Shown: piece by piece, positions 1 to 13,600 of the stretch
Layout of the letters: every line of letters starts with the position of its first letter
Numbering within the stretch: position 1 is the stretch's first letter
Assembly: GCF_006345805.1 (NCBI RefSeq)
Contig: NC_042998.1
Coordinates: 126,046,001 to 126,110,000 of the forward strand
Source: Octopus sinensis
Lineage: Eukaryota
Direction: 5' to 3'
Length of the DNA: 64,000 nucleotides
Position numbers and translations under genes: made by a program
The notes under the pieces: generated by a model
The model's database searches: none
Told to the model about the DNA's origin: nothing
What the model saw: the letters and a program-made list of their open reading frames with translations, nothing else

Positions 1-76
1 TAAAAATGGGAAATGGATATGATTAAGTATGGCATATATCTGTGTCTTTGTGCATCTATGTGCATATATACAAATA

Positions 77-77
77 T

Positions 78-125
<48 letters not shown>

Positions 126-252
126 ATATATATAAAATAATATGAAATAAATGTATTTGTATATGTATAATTATATAGGAATGTTTTTATGTTTCTGTGC
201 ATACGCTATCATAAGTCTTTATGCTTCATATATATGAGTAAATATGCACACA

Positions 253-288
<36 letters not shown>

Positions 289-760
289 ACACACACACAC
301 ACACACACACTCACTCACACATCTACACATAACTATGCACACATGTATATTTGAAGACATATAAACACAAAAATGCTTACAAATTATATAATATTCTGTT
401 TTATATACATAACAGAACATGTAGCAACATATATGCTAATATACAAACATACATACATACATACATACATACATACGTACACACATATATATACACGCAC
501 ACATATCAATACATACATACATATACACATACACACATATGTACATACACACACATGTATGAATGCATACATACATACATACATATATATATACATACAT
601 ACACACACACACATATATCAATACATACATACATACACACATATATACATACATACATGCATGCATACATACACACATATATACATACACACATATATAC
701 ATACACACACATATATCAATGCATGCATACATGCATACATACATACATACATACATACTT
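77..760. repeat. Compound microsatellite cluster: (TG)n, (CA)n, (TACA)n
   Basis: Direct reading; source of the H/T/Y/I and C/V/M/Y ORFs in the track. Confidence 0.95.
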
Positions 761-1767
761 AAATGTGTTTCTAAGTATGCATGTATATGTGCGCAAGTGT
801 ATACTAAAGTATACTTCATGTTTTACTTTATAGGAAGTTATAGAAGGTATGGTTCTGAATATTTTTGAAAAATATTTTTTATTAATATTTATTTTCCTAT
901 ATTGGCTAAAATGGTATTCCTATCCCATTAGCATTATACTTTTCTTGGTTTTGTGGACTACATGAGTAATAGGTTGCTGTCTCTTATATCATATTTAAGA
1001 AATAAATTAACTAAATATTTTACCTTTTGTATGGTAACTATAATACAGAACAACCAAATGATTATTTTAATCATACTCTTTAGGATGAACTATTCATTAT
1101 TGTAATAGATGTTATGAAACCAATACAAAAAGAAAGAAATTATATAGCTATTAAAAACACCTTTAACTAGGATATTGATAATTCCAGTTTATTATATTAC
1201 AAATTCTCACAGAGTAATAAATTGTAGGTTGTAGTATATTTAGCTGATATTGGTCATGGCTAGTAAATTCATCTCAAAGCTCTTAATTCTGTGATTTTGA
1301 AATGCTGGTATAATTTTTTGAGATCTTTTTTTTTTGTTTAATATTTTTTTTTTTCGTGCTGAGAGAGCATAGGAGAGAAAGAGAAAAATGTGTCTGTTAC
1401 AATATCTAATGGGTTAGAAAATATGTGGCATTATATGTTATAATGCATCAGCTGTCTAGCATGGGATTTGAAAATTAGTATGGAAAAAATTATAAGTTAA
1501 AAGAAACAAAAACTTAGACATTGTATTGTGAAAAAGAAATGAATAAATGTGATATCTTTATATAAAATATATTGTTTTCGTTTCTTTGTTCTTTAGTTGT
1601 TGTTTCATTTTTTTGTTTTGCTGTTGTTGTTGCTGTTTTTGTTGGGTTTTTTTGTTTGTTTCTTTTTGTAATTTATTTCAGTAAAAGCCCCTCTGATGGT
1701 TGAGTCCAAATTCTTTGGATTCTGATCCAAACATGAAATCTTGGTACGGAAAAAAAACCATTTACAT

Positions 1768-1887
1768 GCATTACATGCATGCATGCATGCATGCATGCAT
1801 GCATACATGCATACATACATACATACATATACATACATACATACATACATACAAACAAACAAACAAACAAACAAACAAACAAACAAA
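1768..1887. repeat. Compound microsatellite (ATGC)n-(ATAC)n-(AAAC)n
   Basis: Direct reading; abuts the Helitron fragment. Confidence 0.95.
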
Positions 1888-3212
1888 GGAAACCTTATGG
1901 CTCATTATCACTGCATCCCAGATGATCAACCTGCATTCACCCAGAAGTTTGCCTTTTATAGAACTTCTATTTGGAGCATCCAGAAAGAAAAGACCTCCTC
2001 TTTCCCTTTCAATGCTTGAAATAATGGTCTTATAAGCACCCAGTTGCTCCTCCATCACCTTGTGTTCATTATCAGCTATGTACGCTGTCATTTCCTCAAT
2101 GTCAGAACTGATTTCTTGTGAGATTGTCTGCTACCTGCTCCAGTTGAGACAGACCAAATGTGACAATGCTTTGACCTCGCATAGCTTGCATCAGGTGTCC
2201 AGGTCAAGCAATGCCTCACTGTAAATGGTGTTATTGAACGTGGCAATTTCCACTAAGGGACATCCTTTGTAGGATCTCCCTTGCCATGCTGGCTTAGTGG
2301 GTCACCCAAAGCTTGAGAGGTTCACCCAAGCCACATGTCATCAACATGATAGAAAATAGCTGGCACAGTTGACTTAGTGCTCTGCTGACTGCTGCCTCTT
2401 CCAGCGTCTGATCCCAGTGAGCATCATCCTCCAGTAGTTCATGTTTGGTGCAGGCTTCTCTGTATGTCGTGCAGACTTCCTATTGTGTCTTCGAATGTCT
2501 GTGAATGATGTCAGACCATTGATAGTGTGCAGCAGTAGATGCAGAAAGAAGCACTCCTGCTGATTAGGGTGCACAGTGTACACCTGCCCAATGGCTCCAC
2601 TTCTGAAAATGGCATCTTCTTCCCAACCTTCAACGCATGCTCCTTGCTTGCATCTGTTCCATCTATTGTGTAACCAGGTATAGTATTATAAGAACTTCAA
2701 CATACAACAGTGTTCGGGTAATCGGATCACATTGGCATAATTTGAAGAAAGCTGTCAAAGTGGTTTCTGGTAGAGTCAGAACTACGTTCCAAATATTGTC
2801 TTGTGTGAAATACTCACACTAGGCATTTTCAAGATGTACAGATAGATTCACCACTGTTGGATTTCAAAGCCCAGGATGTGCCACATAGCCTCGTTAGAAG
2901 AAATATACCTGCCCAACTTGTATTGCTGAATTTCATGTGCCTGTCTACGCTCTTGTTCAAGTCCAAAAACTGCCATGTCTGAGCCCTTATTGATGTATTT
3001 ACATACATATTTAATACTCTTTATAGAATTGCGTGACTCAACATTAACATGGGCCTGCAGTGTTTGAGACAGAAATGAATTGTAGGGCATTATCCGCCTG
3101 TTGTCAGTTTCTATCTCTTGACCATTAACTTTGAGCTTGGTAGTATTTCCACCATCTTCTGGTTTTCTGCACCTGTAGAGTGAGTAACCATCATGTCTCA
3201 TACGTGTCTCGT
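1888..3212 (-). mobile_element. Decayed, internally deleted Helitron Rep/PIF1-helicase fragment
   Basis: Peptides DGYSLYRCRKPEDGG, AHVNVE..SIKYVCKYINKGSD, GRYISSNEAMWHILGF, YTVHPNQQECFFLHLLL, GGLFFLDAP, LIIWD..MSHK; contains stops and frameshifts. Confidence 0.88.
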
Positions 3213-4313
3213 AGATAAAGGAAAATGAGTTATTTCCCTTGGCTAGGAAAATGAATGGGTTATTTCCCTTAAAGGAAAATAGATGTGCTATATGTGGACC
3301 CCTTCTAGCCATTTCAATGAGCCTAGTAACAAACTAGATGTTACTTTAACATGTTTGCAAAGTTTCATGAAAATTCATTTAATAGGTGTAGATGGCAACT
3401 TGACACAAACAGACTCACATTTATATATGTATAGATAGGGAATACAGTAAACATAATCAGCATTAATGCTTTTTATAATGTACATGTTCAAGGTTTCAGG
3501 AGCTGTCATGCATGAGAATTTGTTGATTTGTTCACATTTAAGGATTTAAGTGTATGGAGGCAGTTTCAAGCACTAAACTATGCTTTCTCAGCTGCTTATA
3601 TTTTAAGCTCCTTTGAACTTGGCAACCTGCTATTTCATGGTTTGAACATGATAAATTTTATCATTGCAGCTACATCACTATCCTTCAGTTTCTTCCTATT
3701 TTTCTTTATCTCTTTCTTCATTCAATATTATTATTCAGTGAGAGAACAGCACATACCATCAAAGTGACACTGGGGTACAAATATACAAAGCCCAAGTATA
3801 CCCATCATGACTACCCATCTGATAAGGGTACACCGGGCAAATGCATCACAACAATATGTGCACATGGTGATCTCATAGCAACATAAACAGCACATGACCA
3901 TGCAGTAGGGGCCCAGTTAGAATTTTCTTCAGGTCAAGTAGCTCATCCCACTCAAAAGGTCCCTGAATAAGGGTTAAGGATGATGAATGAAGCACCCATA
4001 TTTCGAGAGGTGAATTATTCAAACCCCAAAGAATCCCTTTCAAAACATGGCTATGATGCTCTCCCACTACTTCTGCTCATGATCAGAGATGCACATATCA
4101 GCCACTAAGAGACATGCTCAACCAGTTACGGTCAAGCAAATCTGTGGTATTGAGCAGAGTATTTGCAGTAGCTCATCTTTTACACCAAGGCAAAACAAGC
4201 TACATGATAACACTACCAATCAGTTAAGATCAAAAGCCATGAGAGCCACTGCTTGGTACTGTATCAGGGCATTTATTATTAGTAGTAGTAGTAGGGTGAC
4301 AAGCTGGCGGAAC

Positions 4314-4885
4314 CATTACTACACTGGATAAAATTCCACCAAGGCCAACTTTGCCTTTCATCCTTTTGGGGTTGATAAAATAAGTAATTCTCAATAATTA
4401 GGGTCTAATTGACTTAACTTTCCCCTCAAAAACTGCTGGCCCTGTGCCAAAATTTGAAACCATTATTAGAATTGTAAGCACACCAGGCAAAATGCTTAAT
4501 ATTTCATCTGTCTTTACATGAGTTAAAATTCAGCCAAGGTGGACTTAGCCTTTCATCCCTTTTAGAGTCAATAAAATAGGTATCAGCTGAACACTGGGGT
4601 TGATATAATCAATTTACCACGCTCTCCCGAAATTACTGTCCTTATGTTAAAATTTGAAACCATTATTATTATTTGTTAGCACACCAGATAAAATTCTTAG
4701 CAGCATTTCTTCTGGTTTTACAGTTTGAGCCCAAATGCTTCTGAGATCAACTTTACCTTTCATCTTTTCAGAGTTTGTTAAATAAGTACCAACTGAGCAC
4801 TGGTAATTAATTTACCTGTCCCCTAAAAAACATTGCTGGCCTTGTGTCAAAATTTGAAATTATTACTATTATTATTACTACTACT
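4314..4885 (+). mobile_element. Head-to-tail trimer of decayed SINEs
   Basis: Three units, each with a CCTTTCATC-type body and ending AAAATTTGAAA(C/T)..ATTATT. Confidence 0.7.
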
Positions 4886-7408
4886 GATATTATATGCATT
4901 GTAAGATGCATGGTCCCGAGGACCTTCATTTCTTTTATCCAACCCCATCACACTCCCATCTTATGCTCTGTTACCTCTCACCTCTTTCTATTCTCCTATG
5001 ATAACTTAACTGTTCTTATTTACATACTGATGTAAACAGAGACCTATATCTTTCTCAGTACTGTACTTTTGCTGAGTAATGCCAATGAATGGAGTCAGAA
5101 GCATTAGTTCACATAAACCAAGATTTATACTGATGTAATTTATGTCTTGGCAGGTTTTATGACACACATGTACATAATATAAAGCTTTAATATCAATCAC
5201 GTTTTCTGTGCTCCTTTTTTTATACAGTGTATGAACCCCATTGGTTCAAGATTAGATACATGAAGGGCTGAGAGCTAATCAAATGAAGTTTCAATACGTT
5301 ACTCGCATTTCATTTATCAACTCCAGAGGGATCAAACTCAGACAGGGTCAATGTTGACCCGGGTGCTCTAAAATTTCCATCGCACAACAACTTTATTAGG
5401 AGAGAAAGACAAAAAAGGACGCAAAAGCCTGTATCAAAATATAGAAAATATAATTTATTTTTTTCTTTTGTTGATTTTTTATTAATGATTTATTGATGAA
5501 CAATGTTTTATTATATACAAAAATGATGTAGAAACACCCCAGGGACACAAATAAACCACAGATACCATCTGAATAACACAGAAAACATCACTCCAGCAGA
5601 TACAAGGATATATGTAAAAAATCATTATTACATTGAATAGAATGTTTAGCTGAGGCAGTATCACCTTCATGTCTCATCAGAGAAAAGTCAGTTTTACCCT
5701 GTGAAGCTTAACTTCAGTTCAAGACAAAGCAAGAGGAAACTGGCAGACTAGAAAATCCAAGCATCTCAACAAGATGCAACTTAGAAATGTTTTTGAAAAT
5801 AATCTTATTTATTTTTGCAGTTGTTACCAGTTCCCAATTTAATAGTTCTGACATGTGATCCAAACTAGAATTATCAAATGGCTGCTCATCATTCAATGAT
5901 AATCAGCCATACATAGAATTTCATCATCATCATCATCATCATTGTCATCATCATCATCCTTTAGCGTCCGTTTTCCATGCTGGCATGTGTTGGACAGTGA
6001 CATCATTCAGTGTTAAATGTCTGAATGATCAATGTGATTTTTATGTCTATGAAACTTTAATTAAACTGTTAATACATAGAATGAATGAATGAATATGTAC
6101 TTATGTATGTATGTATGTCCACATGTATTCATGTCTTAGACCCTGACAAACCGTCCAACCCATGCTGTATGACAGAGGGACTGAAACACCCATTCACTGA
6201 GTCTACCTACTTAACCCACCCCATTTTAAATACCATTCTGTCCCCTACTCTCCTCCACACTAATCACTGGCATTACTCTCTTCCTTCTCTAAGTCTCTTT
6301 TCCTTCCACCTCAATAGTTTGCAGTGCTATTGTCTCCATTATCACGCTCTCACAATATATCTTTTCCAGCCTTCATGATGGCAAGATGAACCAACACAAT
6401 TGTGCTGGTGCCAAATAGCACCCAGTACAAACAGTAAGTGATTGGTATTCAATTTGAGCAGTAACAATGCAGGGCTTTATGAGGGCTCTTTAGTCTTGCT
6501 GGTAGCAAAGCAACCTCTATAGCACTGGTACAATAAAAATACACACTCAATATACTCTGTAAAGTGACTGGTATTAGGAAGAACAAGCCATAGAAATCAT
6601 GCCAAAAATGAAACACTGAAGCAAGTTCAGGCTCTCTAATCCACTGAATCATGTAGAATCATCCTACCTATGGAAAAAACGAATGTGACATAAAATGATT
6701 ATGCATGTGTGTGTGCATGTGCATGCATACATGTGTAAAGACACACACACACACATCATCATCATCATTGTTTAAAAAATGAAAAGGAATAGATTTTCTG
6801 ATAATTTTTCCATTTTAATAATTGGGGAAAAAAATTATCAGAAAAGCCATTCTTAATCATTTTTTAGATGTATAATACTGTACCAAGGACTTCCTATTTC
6901 TGATTCATATATAAATATGATAATTCTAGATGGTAGATTGAATCTACAAACATATTTTCAACAATCTCACTAAATGGGAGAACAGCTCAATGTACTGAAG
7001 AAGGCTAACTTAGCATAAACAGCTACCACATGTTTAACACACTAACTCTAAAAACAGCCCCAAGAGACTAACTAAATGGATTTAAATATTTAGACAACCT
7101 AACTACTAAGCTAACTTAATGGAGACCACTTTCATAATCTAAGTGGGCTTAGAGAGACAACTCAGTAGATTAAGGAAGACTAACTTAAAAGAGATTATTT
7201 CCATAAGCTTAGAGAGGCATCTCAATAGAGTCAACTCATTAATAAAAATCGAACATCAACTGCATCAATCTCACAGTTTGGGAGGGTTTGCAAGGGTGAA
7301 GAACACTGGCCTTCTTTTGACAAACACTCCCTAATTTCAAACAGTATCTGAGAGTTTATTTGTCCCCCTTTGAATTCTCTCTCTCCTCTCTCTCTCTCTC
7401 TCCTTTTA

Positions 7409-7627
7409 TCATGAAGATTCATCACTTTCTTGGTTTTCCTCTTCGCTACTTTCCTCCTCTTCATCTTCATCTTCATCTTCTTCCCTTTCTTCATCTGTTT
7501 CATCCTCATCTTCTACCACTTGTTTCTGTTTCCATTTCTTTGCCATTGCCAGCAGCTTGAGGTTTGGCTGTGAAGCTTCTTCTTCGGGGAAGATGTAATC
7601 ATAATATTCTTCCCAACCAGCATGAGA
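7409..7627 (-). CDS. CRNKL1: CRNKL1 exon 16 ([16 protein letters not shown]...acidic tail, TGA)
   Basis: ttcacag| acceptor; [10 protein letters not shown] motif; stop at 7411-7409. Confidence 0.96.
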   Translation of the reverse strand, partial: SHAGWEEYYDYIFPEEEASQPNLKLLAMAKKWKQKQVVEDEDETDEEREEDEDEDEEEESSEEENQESDESS

Positions 7628-10600
7628 CTGTGAAGGCAATAAATAAAAACAAAGTGAGCATTAAGTTATTCCATCAAAACAGGAAAGGATCAATATGGGA
7701 AGGGGGGGGGGGTTATAGCTAGAAAGGAGAGGGAAGATATAGACATATAATGGAGTACAAACTAAAAATTAACTTCAGAACACAAGTTACAGGTTATAGG
7801 AAATAAGCTGAAAGTATGTCAGAGATAACTGATGAGGAGATATAAGAACCAGGCCAATAACAAACAAATATTGAGTATACGTGTATACGTGTGTGTGTCT
7901 AACGACCGACAAACAAATACAAAGAAGATGCAAAGGCTGAAAAGTGTCTGGGTGAATCTTTGCTTCTATATCTTGGTTTCATTATACTGCAGCTGTAACA
8001 GTTACATTTTGCTGCAATAGACTACCTAGTATCCAATTTTTGTGGTTAAGGATAGTAAGACTGTCTTAGATCCCTAACATTTGCGAATAGTAAAGTTGAA
8101 TGTTCTGTCAGTTGCATCATTTTCCAGTGATTTAATCCATAGATTTTAGATATTTGTCTTTTTTCTATGAAACCAGCCTTCTTGCAACCATTCATGAATT
8201 GATGTAGATTAGGACTAAAGCTAAGGTCAAAACTGAGAAATAAAATAAATCAGTAAGATCCACTTCATGACAACATTTAGTATATAAGAAGTTGCTTGTA
8301 ATATTTTCCTTCTAGAAGAAAATTCACTTCATGCAAGAATCATCACTGATTCCACAATATTGCATAAAAATAAATAGACAATTTTTTTCTTCTAAAGTAA
8401 CTCACTCCATCTTCAGATTCAATCTTCCGGCGTTTCTTGATTTTCTGAGGCATTTGTTTTTCGACAACTTTCAATGAATTGGCATCACCAGCCTCCTTCT
8501 GCAAAAGGTTAAGAAAGAAGATAATTTTAGAAACTGAATAAGCAGTACAATCATCATCACCACCATCATCATCATCATCATTGTTTAACAACCATCTTCC
8601 ACACTGGCATGGGTGGAACAGTTAGACAGAAGCCAACCAGGCAGAAACCTCCACCAGACTTCTGTGACTGTTTTGGCAGGATTTTTACAGCTGGATACCC
8701 TTCCTAACACCAACCATCCAGCAGAGTAGACTTAGTGCTTTTTACAAGGTACAAGCACAGACAAGGTCAGTTTTGGCAAGGTTTTTACAGCTGGATGCCC
8801 TTCAAAATGCCAACCTCTTTACAGTGTGGATTGGATGCTTTTTATATCAAAATAAATTTAGCATAACAGAAAATAAAAGAGTTTCAGTTTAAAGTTAAAT
8901 AAGATGCAATAAGTTTAAAATACTTAACACTTTGAAATTCTTTCATTCATTGTTTTAACATGGAAGTTGTTCCTTTAATGACTTTAAATTATAATTCTTA
9001 AAACATTTCTGAATAAAAATGTGAAAATGATGACATGCAGTTTTTCTTTATTTATTTAGACATTTTCCAACCATGTAGAAGAGTGCATATTTCACAATCC
9101 AAGCCAGATGAAAAGTTACAAAAATAGGTTGAAATGTTCTAACTCTATAGAAATTGTGTTGTTGAATATGGAAAAATAAAATTTTATAGCAAAAGGAGAA
9201 CAAAGGGTATGTTTTGTGAGTGTGTGTCTATGTGTGTTTTCACCCACATACTTCATATTTTCTGCTTGTTTCAAATACTATAAAGACTATAACAGAGACA
9301 TTACTACCAGATCTGATTAAAATTGCACAACACAATCAATGTAAACTTTATGGTCAATTTTCCTGCAATAGTACAGGACCTTTTGTGCACCCATCACACT
9401 GATGGCACTTGCCAGTAGAATAATATAAATTATCACAAAAGGAAAACAATGATGGAATAAAAGTATAAAGTCCTACCTCAAAGTCAAGCCAAGATTCCAA
9501 CAGCATTACACGTTCTTCCTTTTCTTCAGCTGTCCTCAATGATTTGTTTGCATCCATATAAACACCACGAGCATTTTTTATGGATTGACTGCCAGGAAGT
9601 GACATTTCAAAGTGAGCAAAACTTATCCACACCTATATCACAAGATAGAAAGATATTCAATATCAGTGGCAATGACTTATCTTTAGATTAAATATCAAGG
9701 GAATACTCCCAATACAATGTGTCCTCACAGAAAGTTTCCCCTTACACTCCAACATCAACACATTTCACCAATACTTCTACAATTACTTTTTCTTAGACAC
9801 CATCAGACAATTCAGACTAGGATTATTCAACAAAAATTTACTAGAATTAAGCCTCTGGAAGCCAATGATTTTCATAGAAAAAAAAAGCAGTAAAAATCTA
9901 AAAATTATCAAGTGAGAACCAAAGTGTCTTACATCCTCTATTCTGCATGAGTCACACATACCTTTACATGTTGAGTCCTTTGTAATAGACGCCGGTAGAG
10001 GTTCCGTGTACGACCATATTCTTCTTGGTCAAATTCATAATCAATATAAGATTTCCAAAGGACTTCAGGCATGTCTAGCTTCGGTTGGTTGATGGCTAAT
10101 TCATATATTGCTCTTGTCCGCTCACTGTCACCCAAAATGGCTTCTAATTCTGCATACTAAAACACAAAAATACAAGAGAAAATGGTTTTATTAAACAAGT
10201 TAGGGAAGCCTAGAAGAGTGAAAGAGATATAAAATGTGTTCTTTTAATTTAATTTATTATTTCAAACAATTTTGGGGAAAATTTCAAGTGTTGAAATTAT
10301 AAAATAGCTCTACATGACAACATAGTAGTGTTATGAAACGTCAGAAAGAAAAGTAAAGGAATATAAAGAGAAGAAATAGCTGCTATAAATAAAAAGTACA
10401 ATATATCAATCACAGGGAATATTCCCAAAGGATCTGGTTCCTATTTCCTACAGTTATGCAAAATGACGAGTTCAGCTTAGAAATATCATCTTTTTCCGCC
10501 ATAGATGACTTCCACTGTCAGCACATGACTTTTTTCATTTACATAGTGTCAATCATGCATAAAAAAAGCAGTAAATTGCTTACCTTCATCCAGGTCATAC

Positions 10601-13600
10601 AGTTCTCTGGACCAAATTCCAAGAATTTTTCATAGAGTATACGACATCGGTCAAAGTCTCTCAACTGAATCTCTTGATCAATATAACCACGGAATAGCTT
10701 ATTTTTGGGACACTTCCCTAATGAAACACCCTGTAATACAATATTTTGAAAAATATTTATTCTTCTAATATATATTTAAAGAAAAGGTTATACAGTAACA
10801 AAAGTCGAGCACCAGAGCAGTTATATTATATTTTATGTTGAACTCTTGTCAAGGCTGACTTTAACTTTCATCCCTACAAGGCTGAAAAAACAAATACCAG
10901 TAGTTTACTAGGAGTGGATTCTATTGACAATATCTCTTTCTTACATATTTGTGACTCTGAGCAAAGGAGAGAAATCCACTAATATTTTTAAGGGGATTCA
11001 TCTAGTCATCTTATTAAAACTAATATGAAAAGATGATACGGAGAATGTAAAAATAAGTTTATGGTAAAAGAATAAGTTAAGGGAAATCACAGAATATACA
11101 GTTTCACAAATAAAACAATAAAGGATCAAGATTCAATTTAATAACAAGAAAATGACAACAGCAAACACCAATGATCATTCATGCAATTGTAGAATGTAAA
11201 CATTTTGACAGACAGACACATGACCATCCATTTTTTATCAAACAAAATTATTCAATATATCCTTTTCTTGTTAAGGACACAGGATGTAATTTTAAAGAGA
11301 TTTAGCTGCTATTTTTAACAGGTCAAGCCACCATGTAGGATAGTGGAATGGCAGAAATGGAACGCCAGAATAATTTTTTTTGCAGTTCTAATGAACCTTT
11401 ATTTCTCAAGTTCAAAGTTCCAGCAAAGATAAAATGAGTAGCAGGAGTACTATTTAATTCACTACACTCCTTCTCTATTAAAAATTCATTATACTATACA
11501 CCTTAATTAGATTTGTTGCTGCTGTTATTTAGCTCCAGATCAGCTAAGATCAAGACCAAGCAAACCTATAGTAACAAGATATTCCAGCTTTAACCATCTG
11601 GGTTGTTTTGTTTTTTATTGAAATCCTGTATATATACAGGGTGTGGTGAATAAACTGTTGTCTAAATTACGCAAAAATGGAAATAACACTGACATCTCAT
11701 TTTAACAGATATATTTACCAAAATTACATAAAAATGTTTTGAAATCTAAAGAGTAAATTTATTCGATAACATGACCATTGGCTTCAACCACGGTCTCCAG
11801 ACAACTTCAGAATCTCTTGCAACTCTTCTGCATGGTTTCCTTGTCTAAGTTGATGAATGCTGCCATAATCTTTGCCTTCAGTTCATCTTTGGTGTTACAA
11901 GAAGTTTTGCTGGTCTCTCCCTCAACTGCACCCCACACATAATAATCAAGGAGGCTGCAGTCTAGGGAGTTAGGTGGCCAGATGTTAGGGGTGATGTGGT
12001 CACAGAAATTGTCTGACAACCATGACAGGGTTCTCCTGCTTGTGTGGCATGGTGTAGAGTCCAGCTGCCAGACATAGCGTGTTCCAGCAGCCACCCTCTT
12101 CACCTAGGCACTTGATGTAGGCCTCCATGTTGAGTCTGAGACCTTATGGAAAGATGAATGGAAGCAAAACATCACCATCACTAGTGATCACTCCAAACAG
12201 CATGATGTTGACTGGATGTTTGATTTTTATCACTCTTGGTACATCTCCTCAGATTGCACTGTCCTCATATTGACACTTAAACACTCTGAAATGTTAGTAT
12301 TGGAGCCTCTGGTGCGAATGCCAAGCAGTACAGCAAGTCGTTTCCAAATTTCTGGCAGAGTGAATTGCATTATGGTACTGTTTTCTCAGACGGTACCCAA
12401 CCGAACCTACTATACTGTGTAGTCAACAAAATCAAAAACAGACAATGCACATGTGCAAAATTAAAAATATAAAATGGTGACAATTTACCCATCGCACCCT
12501 GTATATATATATATATATATATAAATAAGACTGCATTAATGTGTCCTTCATTTTTTTAAGATGGTAAGATACACTATGAGGGGAATTTAGATGAAGGCAA
12601 CTTTACCTTTTACTTTTCAGAGGTCAATAGAATAAAGTACAAGTCAGGTATTAGGGTTGATGTAACCAGCTAAAAATCCACTTTTGATTTTTAGCTTCAG
12701 TTATACATTATTATTATTTGCAGCATGTTTGAAGAGTAGTAGAGGACTAAATCGTCATGTGTTTTTGCTTCTTAATCTACTGAAGTATAAAGCATTGTAT
12801 TTGAGAAATGTTAACTGTCTCAACCAACCTGTCTTATTGTTAATTTAAACAGAATCTTACAGTCAGAACATCTTAGAGCAAATGGTATGTCTTAACAGAA
12901 TCCCAATGCACCATAGCTACACCGCAAATTTGTGGAAACGAGATTACCTTTGTGAAATGCATCAACATGGCACAATCTTCAAGAACATTATGTAAATGTT
13001 TTGTATGACTTACCAAGATTTTACGAGCAGCTTGAAGATTTTTTTGTCGAATTTCAAACTGTGCAAATAACAGCCAAATTTTTGCAAAGGTGAATTTTTT
13101 GTGAGGAATTACTTCTAAGGCAGCATTATACACTGCACGGACCCTGTCAGCATCCATACAATCTAACTCTTCAAAGAAACCATACATGATCCACAAATAT
13201 ATGTAGCGGCGCCAGTGTCGTTTATCCTGTAATCAGATAAGATTATTATTAGAAACGATAAAGTTACCACAGTGATAAGGATAGAGGGAGATATTCTTTG
13301 GTTTGTTTCCTTTTTCATGCTACAATCAATAAAGAAAACATTATGTTTTTTCAACTTTATACATTGGCATATGAACTGAACAGAAGAAAATGAAGGAAGA
13401 GAACACAAAAGACAGAAGAAATAAAGGTAACACTGACAATAATTCTGCTGTTTATGTCTTAAAACTAAGGACTACATTCAAAATTAATAAAGTCAGGTTG
13501 ACTATCACAAGAAACTGGAACACAAAGAAACATGACTGACATTTTATATGTGTAGCTTTGAAGTGGTTAACTCGCAGGTTATTCTCAAGGGATTAAACCA

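Noticed and set aside
226-868. Long ORFs rich in H/T/Y/I or C/V/M/Y (also at 1605-1886, 31006-31497, 45272-45640)
   Set aside because: Translations of stop-free microsatellites; no splice or homology support.
3740-4280. Probable interspersed repeat bounded by ATT runs
   Set aside because: It looks repeat-like, but no second copy or diagnostic motif in the window supports a classification.
7355-7360. AATAAA about 50 nt after the CRNKL1 stop as the polyA signal
   Set aside because: Plausible, but the hexamer is frequent in AT-rich DNA and cannot be chosen without 3' end data.
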